From positions 1,920,001-1,984,000 of the forward strand of contig CBDFIJ010000004.1 in the NCBI GenBank assembly GCA_965248055.1: a DNA stretch of 64,000 nt, given 5' to 3'. Shown in pieces: positions 17,937-29,983 of this stretch. Source of the DNA: Candidatus Multivoradales bacterium (GTDB lineage: Bacteria; Acidobacteriota; Thermoanaerobaculia; Multivoradales; JAHEKO01). A model generated the notes under the pieces. It ran no database searches. It was not told the DNA's origin and saw only the letters and a list, made by a program, of their open reading frames with translations. The position numbers and the translations under genes were made by a program. Position 1 is the stretch's first letter, and each line of letters opens with the position of its first letter.

Positions 17937-20465
17937 CTATTCGCTGTCTTTATTGGTGTCAGTGGCGATGCTCTCTTGCGGGCTTTCTTCGGCACTGGCT
18001 TCTTCCATCGTCGCATCCTCCGGCTCGCCGAGCTTGGCCATCGAAACCAGGATGTCGTCGCCCTCGATGTCCATCAACTTGACACCCTGAGTCGAACGGC
18101 CGGTCACCCGCACACCGCTGACACCGGTGCGAATGATCTTTCCTTCCTGGGTGATCATTAACAGCCCTTCGTCGGGTAGCACTTGGCGCGAACCAATCAC
18201 CGGGCCCGTCTTGTCCGAGACTTTGAGGTTGATGATTCCTTTGCCGCCGCGACCCTGAATCCGGTAGGCCGAGAGATCGGTGCGTTTGCCGATCCCGCGG
18301 GCCGCCACAGTGAGGATCTCGCCCTCGTCGCCCAGCACTTCCATCGACACCACCTTGTCGCCCTTGCGCAAGGAGATTCCGCGCACGCCGCGGGTCGCTC
18401 GACCCATCAGTCGGGCGTCTTTTTCGGGGAAACGGATGGCGAACCCCTTCGCGGTGGCCAAGAAAACATTCTCCCCGGGGGTCACTTGTCGTACCCCTAA
18501 GAGACGGTCGTCGTCGTCAATGTTGATGCCGATAATCCCTCCGGAGCGCGGCCTTGAGTAGGCCTCGAGGCTGGTTTTCTTGACCGTTCCCTTCTCGGTC
18601 ACGAACACTAGGCTGCGCTCCTGGTCGGCAAAGTCGTGCACCGAGACCGTCGCCGCCAGTTTTTCGTCGTCGGCCAAGGACAACAGGTTGACGATCGCCT
18701 TGCCGCGGGCCGCGGGGCCCATCTGGGGGATGTCGTAGACCTTGAGCCAATGCACCCGACCTGATTGGGTGAAGACCAAAATATAGCTGTGCGCCGAGGC
18801 CACGTGAACGTGCTCGACCCAGTCGCCCTCTTTGGCGTCCATTCCTTTGCGCCCTTTTCCGCCACGATTTTGGGCGCGGTAGAGCGACAACGGAGATCGC
18901 TTGACGTAGCCCGCCTGGGACACGGTGATCACCATGTCTTCGTCGGCGATTAAGTCTTCGACCGTGTAGTCCTTCAGTTTGTCGACAATCTGCGAACGGC
19001 GTGCGTCGCCGTAGGTGTCGCGAAGCTCGGCCAGCTCGCGCTGGATCTCTCCTGCCACCAGCTGATCGGAGGCCAAGATCGCGCGTAGCCCTTCAATCAC
19101 ACGAGAGAGCTCTTGGTACTCCTCGACCACCTTGTCGCGCTCAAGTCCAGTGAGTTTCTGCAGGCGCATCTCCAGGATCGCTTGGGCCTGCGGCTGGGAG
19201 AGGGAAAAGCCTTCCATCAACCGTTCGCGCGCTTGGGCCGGGGTTTGGCTGGAGCGAATGGTGGCGATCACCTGGTCGAGATGATCCAGCGCCTTGAGGA
19301 TTCCTTCCAAGATATGCGCGCGTTCTTCCGCCTTGCGCAGATCAAAACGGGTGCGGCGAACCACTACGGTTTTGCGGTGGTTAATGAAGTGGACCAGAAT
19401 GTTCTTAAGCGGTAGAACCTGGGGCTGGTTGTCGACAATCGCCAGCAGAATGATTCCGTAGGAGGTCTGCAGTGGAGTCATCTTGTAAAGCTGGTTGAGT
19501 AAGATCTCGGGAACTTCTCCACGCTTGAGATCGACCACCACGCGGATGCCGTCTCGGTCTGATTCGTCGCGCAGGTCGCGTACGCCTTCAATTTTCTTGT
19601 TGCGTACCAGGTCAGCGATTTTCTCCATCAATCGCGCTTTGTTGACTTGGTAGGGCAACTCGGTGACGACGATCGATTGTCGATCGCCGCGGACCTGGGT
19701 TTCGATCGCCGCCCGGGCGCGCAGTTGAATCGACCCGCGACCGGTTCGGTAGGCCGACTCGACCCCCTCCACGCCGTGGATAAATCCAGCGGTGGGAAAG
19801 TCCGGGGCAGGAATCTTGGTCATTAGGTCTTCGACGGTGGCGTCAGGGTTCTCGAGCAAGAGCAACACGCCGTCGATCACCTCGGTGAGGTTGTGGGGCG
19901 GAATGTTAGTCGCCATGCCGACCGCAATTCCGGACGAGCCGTTGACCAACAAGTTGGGCACCCGGGCCGGGAGCACGGTGGGCTCGGCCAAAGATCCGTC
20001 GTAGTTGATGGTCCAGTCAATGGTCTCTTTGTCGATGTCCTCGCGCAGCATTTCCTGGGCCAAGCGGGTCAAGCGCACTTCGGTGTAACGCATGGCCGCT
20101 GGGCTGTCGCCGTCAATCGAGCCAAAGTTTCCTTGGCCATCAACCATGGTGTAGCGCATCGAAAAATCTTGCGCCAGGCGCACCACGGTGTCGTAGATCG
20201 GGCCGTCGCCGTGAGGGTGGTACTTACCCATGACGTCACCAACGATGCGGGCTGACTTTTTGTAGGGACGGTTGGCTAGGCTGCCGCCTTCCCACATACC
20301 GTAGAGCACCCTTCGGTGTACCGGCTTGAGTCCGTCCCGCACGTCGGGGAGCGCCCGGCCAACGATCACGCTCATCGCGTAGTCGAGGTAGGAGTGCTTC
20401 ATCTCCTCTTCGATGTAGTGGTCCACCGAAGAATCAAACGGGAGAACGCGGTCGCTGTCGCTCAT
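17937..20465 (-). CDS. gyrA: DNA gyrase subunit A
   Basis: GKYHPHGD, AAMRYTE, GyrA-box QNRGGKG. Confidence 0.99.
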   Translation of the reverse strand: MSDSDRVLPFDSSVDHYIEEEMKHSYLDYAMSVIVGRALPDVRDGLKPVHRRVLYGMWEGGSLANRPYKKSARIVGDVMGKYHPHGDGPIYDTVVRLAQDFSMRYTMVDGQGNFGSIDGDSPAAMRYTEVRLTRLAQEMLREDIDKETIDWTINYDGSLAEPTVLPARVPNLLVNGSSGIAVGMATNIPPHNLTEVIDGVLLLLENPDATVEDLMTKIPAPDFPTAGFIHGVEGVESAYRTGRGSIQLRARAAIETQVRGDRQSIVVTELPYQVNKARLMEKIADLVRNKKIEGVRDLRDESDRDGIRVVVDLKRGEVPEILLNQLYKMTPLQTSYGIILLAIVDNQPQVLPLKNILVHFINHRKTVVVRRTRFDLRKAEERAHILEGILKALDHLDQVIATIRSSQTPAQARERLMEGFSLSQPQAQAILEMRLQKLTGLERDKVVEEYQELSRVIEGLRAILASDQLVAGEIQRELAELRDTYGDARRSQIVDKLKDYTVEDLIADEDMVITVSQAGYVKRSPLSLYRAQNRGGKGRKGMDAKEGDWVEHVHVASAHSYILVFTQSGRVHWLKVYDIPQMGPAARGKAIVNLLSLADDEKLAATVSVHDFADQERSLVFVTEKGTVKKTSLEAYSRPRSGGIIGINIDDDDRLLGVRQVTPGENVFLATAKGFAIRFPEKDARLMGRATRGVRGISLRKGDKVVSMEVLGDEGEILTVAARGIGKRTDLSAYRIQGRGGKGIINLKVSDKTGPVIGSRQVLPDEGLLMITQEGKIIRTGVSGVRVTGRSTQGVKLMDIEGDDILVSMAKLGEPEDATMEEASAEESPQESIATDTNKDSE

Positions 20466-20485
20466 AACTTCTGCTTCCTGCTCGG

Positions 20486-22948
<2,463 letters not shown>

Positions 22949-23146
22949 TCAGGAGAGCGGAAAGAGCCAAGGAGAAGCGTTGCTTCCAGCTCGGTTGACC
23001 CTTGCCTCGCAGGGCCAAATTCTAGCACGTAGAGAGGCTGTTTTTCTACTGCCTGTGGGAAAAATAAGCCGTTTTTTTACAACAACTTAGTGCTCGACAC
23101 CTTCTGCTTATCTGGTCGGTATGAAAAGTCTCTAGCGAGCGCCGGA

Positions 23147-24229
23147 TTAGGTTCCGTTCACCATCCCTTCGACGGCTGTATGGGTCACCCCCTCGGTGCC
23201 GTTTTGCCATGCTTCCGATTGACTGGAGGTGGCTATCACCTGGGGCAGTTGGTCGACCATTGCACAGACCTTAAGGCGCCTCTGAGCGTCTAGGTCGGAG
23301 TCTATGTCGTCGATCAATAGTACTGGCTTGAGACCGGCTTCGACCAGTCGCTCCACCACTGCGGCAAACAGCGCCAAAGTAAGGGCCTTTTTTTCTCCTC
23401 TGGATCCTCTCTTGCGCACCTCCACTTGATTCCAGGTACATTTCCAGTCGTCCCTCTGGGGGCCCCAAAGTGGATACCCACAGGCTTGTTCCTCGCTCTC
23501 TCTTTGCCGCAGCGATTGCAAAATCAACTCCTCGGTTGGCCCCTCGTTGGTTGGCCATGGGTCGCGCCCCGCGGTCGACGCTAGATAGCTGAGCTGTGGT
23601 TCGCTTCCGGGTAGCCCTAGCTCTGTCACCAGGTGCTGGGTTCTTTTTTCCAGGTCGCCAATAAACGCCTTTCTCCACCGTTGTACTTGTTCGGCCAGTG
23701 GCGCCAGAAGTTGATTCCAAGGGTCAACTGGTTGTCCTTGGGCCAGAGCGCCCCTCTTGGAGTCCAATACCCTTCTAAGCCTAGCCAGGAGCACCAGCGC
23801 GTCTGGTTTTTCATTGATCAAGCTGCTGTCAAGGAAACGACGTCGGCTGGCGGGCTCTCCCTCCAATAGGTTGGTGTCTCTCGCCGAATAGGCGACGATC
23901 GGTTGTACCTTGAGATGGTTGATCATCGATGCACTTGATCCGTTTACCATGCGGCGCACCCCTTCTTGGCCGCTCCAGGCCAGCCGCAGTTCAACGCGCC
24001 CGTGGTTCTCGGTTTCAATTGCTGTCGAAAAAACAGGACCGGCGTTGGCACAACACTCGGCAAAGCGATGAGTTGTAAAACTCTTACTTGTTGCCGCCAA
24101 ATATATGGCTTCTAGAACGCTGGTCTTGCCCGCGCCATTGTCGCCAATAAGCAACGACCAACCGGGACCAAATTCAATCTGGCTATCTTGAAGGTTTCTA
24201 AACTGCGCGGTTTGGAGAGAGCGGATCAA
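23147..24229 (-). CDS. recF: DNA replication/repair protein RecF
   Basis: FRN, GDNGAGKTSVLEAI, RRRFLD, GPQRDD, SRGEKK, LIDD..SDLD; position between dnaN and gyrB. Confidence 0.93.
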   Translation of the reverse strand: MIRSLQTAQFRNLQDSQIEFGPGWSLLIGDNGAGKTSVLEAIYLAATSKSFTTHRFAECCANAGPVFSTAIETENHGRVELRLAWSGQEGVRRMVNGSSASMINHLKVQPIVAYSARDTNLLEGEPASRRRFLDSSLINEKPDALVLLARLRRVLDSKRGALAQGQPVDPWNQLLAPLAEQVQRWRKAFIGDLEKRTQHLVTELGLPGSEPQLSYLASTAGRDPWPTNEGPTEELILQSLRQRESEEQACGYPLWGPQRDDWKCTWNQVEVRKRGSRGEKKALTLALFAAVVERLVEAGLKPVLLIDDIDSDLDAQRRLKVCAMVDQLPQVIATSSQSEAWQNGTEGVTHTAVEGMVNGT

Positions 24230-24235
24230 CCCTTA

Positions 24236-25336
24236 TTATGCGTTCAGCCTCATCGGCATGATGACGCACAGGTAGCGAGTGTCTTTGCCTTCGACCGGAA
24301 CCGCCACGCTCTGGGCGTTTTCGTCTTTCAAGTGGATCTTTATCTTTTTGGTTTCCACCGCGGTTAGAAACTGCGCTAAATAATCCGGGTTGAGTCCTAT
24401 TTTTACTTCGTCGCCGGTCATTGAGCATTCTAACTGTTCCACCGCCTCTCCCAGTTCCGGATTGGTCGCCGAAACTGTCAACTGGTCGTCACCAAACTCA
24501 CAACGAACCGATCGCAGTCGATCTCCGGTGAGCAAAGAAACACGCTGCACAACTTCTAACAACTCGGCCCTGCTGATAATCGCGTTCTTCTCATGATCGC
24601 GAGCGATGACTCTTTCGTAGTCAGGAAAGGTCCCCTCAAGAATTCGGCAAATCAAGGTTCTGTGACCCAGTTCAAAAGAAAGGTGGTTTTCCCCTCGGGA
24701 AAAGCCAACCTCACCGTCGCCGTCGAGTCGCTGTAGCTCCATCAGTGCTTTGCGCGGAATCAAAACTCCTTCCGCCTCTTCTCCGCCCTCTACTTGGTTC
24801 TCCACCAACGCCAACCGATGCCCGTCGGTGGCGACAATCTCCATTGACCCTTTCTTCATTTTGAGCAAGGCACCGTTGAGTTGAAAACGGGAGTCCTCAG
24901 TGGAGACGGCAAAAATAACCTTGCCCACCATTCCTTGCAGGGTGGCAAAAGGCAGGTTTAAGGATTCACCTTCAACCTTGGGCAGTTTGGGAAATTCCTC
25001 GGTGGACAGGCCGTGGATTTTGAACCGTGATTTGCCAGCCTTGATCTCCAGCGCATTTCCTTCGTCGCAAATCAAACGCAGTTGATCCCCCGAGCAAGCG
25101 CGAACAATCTCGTGAAACTTCTTTGCCGGCACCACCACTCCACCCTCTTGGACAACCTCACCTTCAACCGAAGAAGTCAAAGAAACATCGAGATCGGTCG
25201 CGGCCAACCGAACCTGCTCGCCTGAAGCCTCAATCATCACGTGAGAAAGAACTCGAATGGTGCTCTTACGTTCGACGATCCCCATCATTGGAGAGAGTTC
25301 TTGCAAAAAAGCGGTTCTGTCCACAAGTAGTTCCAT
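24236..25336 (-). CDS. dnaN: DNA polymerase III beta clamp
   Basis: ATDLD, ATDGHRLA, GTFPDYERVI, VIMPMRL; start ATG 25336 with AGGAG upstream. Confidence 0.98.
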   Translation of the reverse strand: MELLVDRTAFLQELSPMMGIVERKSTIRVLSHVMIEASGEQVRLAATDLDVSLTSSVEGEVVQEGGVVVPAKKFHEIVRACSGDQLRLICDEGNALEIKAGKSRFKIHGLSTEEFPKLPKVEGESLNLPFATLQGMVGKVIFAVSTEDSRFQLNGALLKMKKGSMEIVATDGHRLALVENQVEGGEEAEGVLIPRKALMELQRLDGDGEVGFSRGENHLSFELGHRTLICRILEGTFPDYERVIARDHEKNAIISRAELLEVVQRVSLLTGDRLRSVRCEFGDDQLTVSATNPELGEAVEQLECSMTGDEVKIGLNPDYLAQFLTAVETKKIKIHLKDENAQSVAVPVEGKDTRYLCVIMPMRLNA

Positions 25337-25656
25337 AGGGGTTCTCCTCTTACGATTAAGATTCTTCAATATAACACATCGTAGTAGTAGTAGAGGCAGC
25401 TAACGAGAACTGGAAAACGTCTTTAAACAACCAAAAATAAACAACTTAGAAGACGTCTTTGCTGTAGAAAACCCTTCGCAAGAGCTATGGAAGAGCTGTG
25501 GATCAACAGTGGACAAATTGAGTTTGTTTTAAAGGGCTCGCTTTTCCATAGCCCGCCCCACAAGATAACCACAGGCCAGACCTCTCAAAGAAAGCCACCC
25601 AAGAGATTATCCCGGGCTCCCCCAAAGAGAGCCGGTAGAAAAAGACGACAAGAAAA
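25337..25656. other. oriC: Chromosomal replication origin oriC (dnaA-dnaN intergenic)
   Basis: AT-rich; TAG repeats (DnaA-trios) 25381-25393; IHF-like AATAAACAACTTA 25436-25448; degenerate DnaA boxes at 25463, 25497, 25508, 25541, 25565. Confidence 0.85.
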
Positions 25657-26949
25657 CTAGGCGAAATGACGGAGAAACTGTTCCAAGGTACGGGCAAAGT
25701 CGGAGTCGCGGTCGCGCTGCTGGTCGATGCGCTCAACCGCGTGCATCACCGTGGTGTGGTGTTTGCCAGCGAACAGCTTGCCTATTTCCGGGAACGATAG
25801 ATCGGTCAAATGACGACAGAGGTACATCGCAACCTGACGCGGAAAGGCGATCTGCCGAGAGTTGCTCTTGCTCTTGATCTCGGTCACCTTCAAACCATAG
25901 TGGCGCGCCACCATGCGCACCACCTCGCTGGCGATTTGTCGGTGGTCATCTTGCGGCAAGATGTCTTTCAGGGTCTCCTTGGCGAGCTCGAGGCTGAGCG
26001 GATTGCCGGTCAGCGAAGAAAAGGCCACCACGCGATTGAGGTGCCCCTCGAGCTCGCGGACATTGGAACGTACTTGGCGCGCAATAAACAGCGCAACGTC
26101 ACCCGGAAGCGAGACCCCGGCTACCTCAGCCTTGCGGCGCAAAATCGCAACCTTGGTCTCTAGGTCGGGCGGCTGTAGGTCGGCAATTAAGCCCCACTCG
26201 AAGCGGCTGCGCAGGCGCTCTTCCAGGGTTGGAATCTGCCGCGGCGAGGAGTCCGAGGAGAGAATAATTTGCTTCTCTCGAGTGTAGAGCGTGTTGAAAG
26301 TGTGGAAAAACTCTTCTTGGGTGCGCTCTTTGTTGGCCAAAAATTGAATGTCGTCGACCAACAAGATGTCGATCGACCGATAGCGCTCGCGAAAAGCCGG
26401 CATCCGGTTAAAGCGCAGTGAACTAATCAACTCGTTGACAAACTGCTCGGCGGGCAAATAGAGAATGCGCAGGTGTGGATTGCGGCGCGCGATCAGATGA
26501 CCGGTGGCGTGCAACAGATGGGTCTTACCCAGACCAACGCCACCGTAGAGAAAAAGCGGGTTGTAGCTATTGAACGGATTCTCAGCAACCGCCCGGGCGG
26601 CGGCGTAGGCAAACTGATTGGAGCTGCCGACCACGAACGAATCAAAAATGTAACGCGGATTGAACTGCCCATCCTTGGCGGGCACCTCCGGCGTCGGCAG
26701 CGGCAACCGCGGAGCCACAGTGATGCGCAATTGTTGCAGCCCGCCCCCGAGGTCGTCCAAGGCGCGCTGGAAGGTTCCCTTGTGGGCGGCTTCGAGTGCC
26801 GTACGAAAGCGATCATTGGGAGCGATCAAGACCAACTCTTGGTCGGAACTGGCCTCTACCGAAAGAGGTCGTACCCAGGTCGCAAAGTCGTCGGGCTCGA
26901 GTTGGTTCTCGAGGTGCTTTCGGAGTTCTGGCCAGAGAGATGATGACAT
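25657..26949 (-). CDS. dnaA: Chromosomal replication initiator DnaA
   Basis: NPLFLYGGVGLGKTHL, LLVDDIQF, RLRSRFEWGL, KHHTTVMHA; start ATG 26949. Confidence 0.99.
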   Translation of the reverse strand: MSSSLWPELRKHLENQLEPDDFATWVRPLSVEASSDQELVLIAPNDRFRTALEAAHKGTFQRALDDLGGGLQQLRITVAPRLPLPTPEVPAKDGQFNPRYIFDSFVVGSSNQFAYAAARAVAENPFNSYNPLFLYGGVGLGKTHLLHATGHLIARRNPHLRILYLPAEQFVNELISSLRFNRMPAFRERYRSIDILLVDDIQFLANKERTQEEFFHTFNTLYTREKQIILSSDSSPRQIPTLEERLRSRFEWGLIADLQPPDLETKVAILRRKAEVAGVSLPGDVALFIARQVRSNVRELEGHLNRVVAFSSLTGNPLSLELAKETLKDILPQDDHRQIASEVVRMVARHYGLKVTEIKSKSNSRQIAFPRQVAMYLCRHLTDLSFPEIGKLFAGKHHTTVMHAVERIDQQRDRDSDFARTLEQFLRHFA

Positions 26950-26959
26950 GCTTACCGAG

Positions 26960-26991
26960 TTATCCACAGGCAATCCACAAGCCGTGGAAAA
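26960..26991. promoter_or_regulatory. DnaA box cluster upstream of dnaA
   Basis: TTATCCACA 26960-26968, CAATCCACA 26971-26979, CGTGGAAAA 26983-26991 (reverse). Confidence 0.85.
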
Positions 26992-27084
26992 CCGTCAGTT
27001 CAACCGAAGAACAATCCGTCCTTCTGTCGAAGGGGGGCGGATCTTAGCACAGGCTTTATCCGCCGCAACCCGAGCCAAAATGGC

Positions 27085-28788
27085 TCAAAAAGGGGCGGAA
27101 AGAGCGGCTGCGTCGGCTGGCAACTCAAGCCCTTGGGGCACTGCCAGACGGAGTGAAAAACCCTGTAAAAGATTGGCGACTTGAGCCGCTTGACGCTCTT
27201 CTAAGAAGCGCCAAAAAGAGGGTGGCCGGGGAAAAAAAGCGACCCCTGCGTCTTGCGGGTCCAGCCCTGCTTTTTCTGCCGCCGTCTCGATTGCCGTCGA
27301 CAATCCACCGAGTTCGTCAACCAGCCCCAAATCAAGCGCCTGAGTGCCAGTCCAGATGCGCCCTTGGGCCGCCCGCTCGACTGCCTCGGGGGTCATCTGA
27401 CGACCTTCGGCGACGTGCTGAGTAAAGCGCCGATAGGTACGTTCGATCAGGGTGCGCACCCGCTCCGATTGGGGTTCAGAAAAACGATCTAAGATCGAAA
27501 AATAATTGGCGTTGTCGCCGCGCTGGATCGAGTCATGGGAGATGCCGAGCAGCTCTTGTTCAAAGGCGCGGGTTGCGACCTTGCCGAAGACCACTCCGAC
27601 AGAACCGGTAATGGTCGCCGCCTCGGCCACCACGTGGTGGGCGCGCGCGGCGATGTAGTAGCCGCCGGAGGCGGCAACGTCGGACATGGAGACCACCACC
27701 GGTTTGGTTTCAGCCAATTGCTGCACCGAGCGCAAAATCAAATCGGAGGCCAAGGCCGAGCCACCGGGGCTATTGATGCGCAAAACTACCGCCTCAACCG
27801 AGGCATCTTCCGCTAGCTCATCGAGCAGCTCAATAATTTCGCCCGAAGCGATCGATCGCTGTTGGGTCCAAGGATCATAGGAGGCCGCGCCGCGGACGAT
27901 GGTCCCCTGGGCGAAGACCACGGCGACCTTGCCGCGAGAGGGCTTCTTACGAGCGTAATCGCCAAGCTCGACCCAGGCGGGGTCTTCGCCGAGCTCTTGC
28001 TCCAAACGATTCTGGAAACCATCGTGGTAGTCGAGGGCATCGACCATGCCCATCGACAGCGCCTCGTCGGCGTCGTAGGGGGCGCCGTTGATAATCGCCG
28101 AAACCGAGGCGGCCGGCAGTCCGCGGGCTTCTGCAACCGCGCTGACGATTTGCCCATAGAGATCGTCCAGAACCGTTTCATAGGACTCTTCGGCGGCGGG
28201 AGAAAGCTCGCTGCGGGTGAAGGTCTCACCGGCGCCTTTATAAGTTCCAGCTTGATAGAAGTCGGGCTCGACCTTGAGCTTGTCCAGGGTTCCGCGATAG
28301 AACGACAGGTCCCAGAACAACCCCATCAGATTCAAATCTCCAGCTGGAGCCAAAGTGATCCGCTCGCAGGCAGTCGCCAAGTAGTAGTCCAAGGTGCCGT
28401 TGCCGCCCGCGCCGACCGTTTCCAGAAAGCACTCAGTGCGCTTGCCTTGGTCGCGCAAGCGCAGCAACAACCGGCGAACCTCTTGTGCCCGAGCTAGCCC
28501 AATCCGGGGGCCGTCGATGGTGACGGCGAGCGCCACAACCGAATCATCTTCGGCCGCAGATTCCAGGGTCAAGTAGAGGTTGGCGAGGCTACGCGAGGGA
28601 CCGGCAGAGAACGGCAAGGGTGCCTCCGCGACATAATCCGGCAGGGTCCCCGATAGGGTCAAGGCGAGGATCTTGTTGCCACCGCTAAAGACCGTGGAAC
28701 TAGACCCCGAAGAAAAATAGAACGCCGCCCCAGCGACAACCACCGAGACCAGCAACAGCAAAAGAAGAACAACGAGAAAACGTTTCAT
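27085..28788 (-). CDS. sppA: Signal peptide peptidase SppA (S49)
   Basis: YYLATAC, GTYKGAGE, RINSPGGS, AASGGYYIA, TITGSVGV, QGRIWTG. Confidence 0.95.
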   Translation of the reverse strand: MKRFLVVLLLLLLVSVVVAGAAFYFSSGSSSTVFSGGNKILALTLSGTLPDYVAEAPLPFSAGPSRSLANLYLTLESAAEDDSVVALAVTIDGPRIGLARAQEVRRLLLRLRDQGKRTECFLETVGAGGNGTLDYYLATACERITLAPAGDLNLMGLFWDLSFYRGTLDKLKVEPDFYQAGTYKGAGETFTRSELSPAAEESYETVLDDLYGQIVSAVAEARGLPAASVSAIINGAPYDADEALSMGMVDALDYHDGFQNRLEQELGEDPAWVELGDYARKKPSRGKVAVVFAQGTIVRGAASYDPWTQQRSIASGEIIELLDELAEDASVEAVVLRINSPGGSALASDLILRSVQQLAETKPVVVSMSDVAASGGYYIAARAHHVVAEAATITGSVGVVFGKVATRAFEQELLGISHDSIQRGDNANYFSILDRFSEPQSERVRTLIERTYRRFTQHVAEGRQMTPEAVERAAQGRIWTGTQALDLGLVDELGGLSTAIETAAEKAGLDPQDAGVAFFPRPPSFWRFLEERQAAQVANLLQGFSLRLAVPQGLELPADAAALSAPF

Positions 28789-28899
28789 GGTGAGCAAGAA
28801 TCGTAACAGGGTTGGCCTGGTTCACGACATCACGGCGAGGATTTCCCGGGCGCCCTATTACCTCCGCTGGCCAAGTGAGATAGCGAGAAGGCCCAACCG

Positions 28900-29973
28900 A
28901 TGACAACCGGACAACCGAGGCCGACCAAGGGTGCGCGTCAACTGCTCGCCTGGTACGACCGTAACCAACGTCAGCTGCCGTGGCGCCAAGATCGCGACCC
29001 TTACCGGGTATTGGTGTCTGAGTTCATGTTGCAGCAAACCCGCGTTGAGGTCATCGCCAGCCGGTTTGTTCGATTCATAGAACGGTTTCCGACCGTTGAG
29101 GAGTTGGCTGCTGCCCCAGAAGAAGAGGTGGTTGCCGAGTGGAGCGGACTTGGCTACTACCGCCGGGCTCGCAACCTGTGGGCAAGCGCGCGCCAAATAC
29201 AAGGGCGGGGAGGATGGCCGACCACCGCCACGGAATTGAAACAATTGCCGGGGGTTGGCGAGTACACCGCCGCCGCAGTGGCCTCCATCGCCTTCGGTCA
29301 ACCAATCGCAGTACTCGACGGAAATGTGCGACGGGTGATGACACGGTTGCTCGCTGAGCCTGGGAACCCAGCCAGCCGAGCGGTCGTCAACCGGCTCCAA
29401 GACGAAGCAGGCCGTTGGCTGGACGAATCTCGACCCGGAGACAGCAACCAGGCTTTGATGGAACTTGGGGCGACGGTTTGCAAACCCCAGCCGAAATGTG
29501 GCGTCTGCCCGGTGGCCGACCAATGCCTAGCCCAGCAACGCGGGGAGGAGCGGGTCTACCCAACCGTTGCGCCGACCTCACCAAGACAGCATCGTCGCTG
29601 GCAGGTGGCGATTCTTGAGCGGGGTGCCGAGATTCTGTTGCTGCGTCGAGGCGAAGATGAAAAATGGCTACCAGGGATGTTTGAACTGCCCTGGGTAGTG
29701 GGACCAGAGGGACCGCTAGCGAAACCGCAAGTGGCGGAGGCGGAAGCGGCATTGAGCAATAAACTTGGCCGAAGGGTGACACTTGAGCGCCACCTAGGAG
29801 TGATTTCCCACGCGATCGGTCGACGATCGATTCGTGCCGGGGTGTGGTTGGCGCAAGCGGCGAATGGAAGACAAGCACCCCATGGCGACCACGCCGGAGT
29901 TTGGGTTAAGCGCGATCAGGTCACCGACCTACCGACCACCTCTTTGGTGGGCAAGGCTCTCGCCAAGTCCTAG
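28900..29973 (+). CDS. mutY: A/G-specific adenine glycosylase MutY
   Basis: LPWR, VSEFMLQQT, GLGYYRRARNL, LPGVGEYT, DGNVRRV, Fe-S CKPQPKCGVCPVADQC. Confidence 0.97.
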   Translation: MTTGQPRPTKGARQLLAWYDRNQRQLPWRQDRDPYRVLVSEFMLQQTRVEVIASRFVRFIERFPTVEELAAAPEEEVVAEWSGLGYYRRARNLWASARQIQGRGGWPTTATELKQLPGVGEYTAAAVASIAFGQPIAVLDGNVRRVMTRLLAEPGNPASRAVVNRLQDEAGRWLDESRPGDSNQALMELGATVCKPQPKCGVCPVADQCLAQQRGEERVYPTVAPTSPRQHRRWQVAILERGAEILLLRRGEDEKWLPGMFELPWVVGPEGPLAKPQVAEAEAALSNKLGRRVTLERHLGVISHAIGRRSIRAGVWLAQAANGRQAPHGDHAGVWVKRDQVTDLPTTSLVGKALAKS

Positions 29974-29983
29974 CCTGCGGCCA

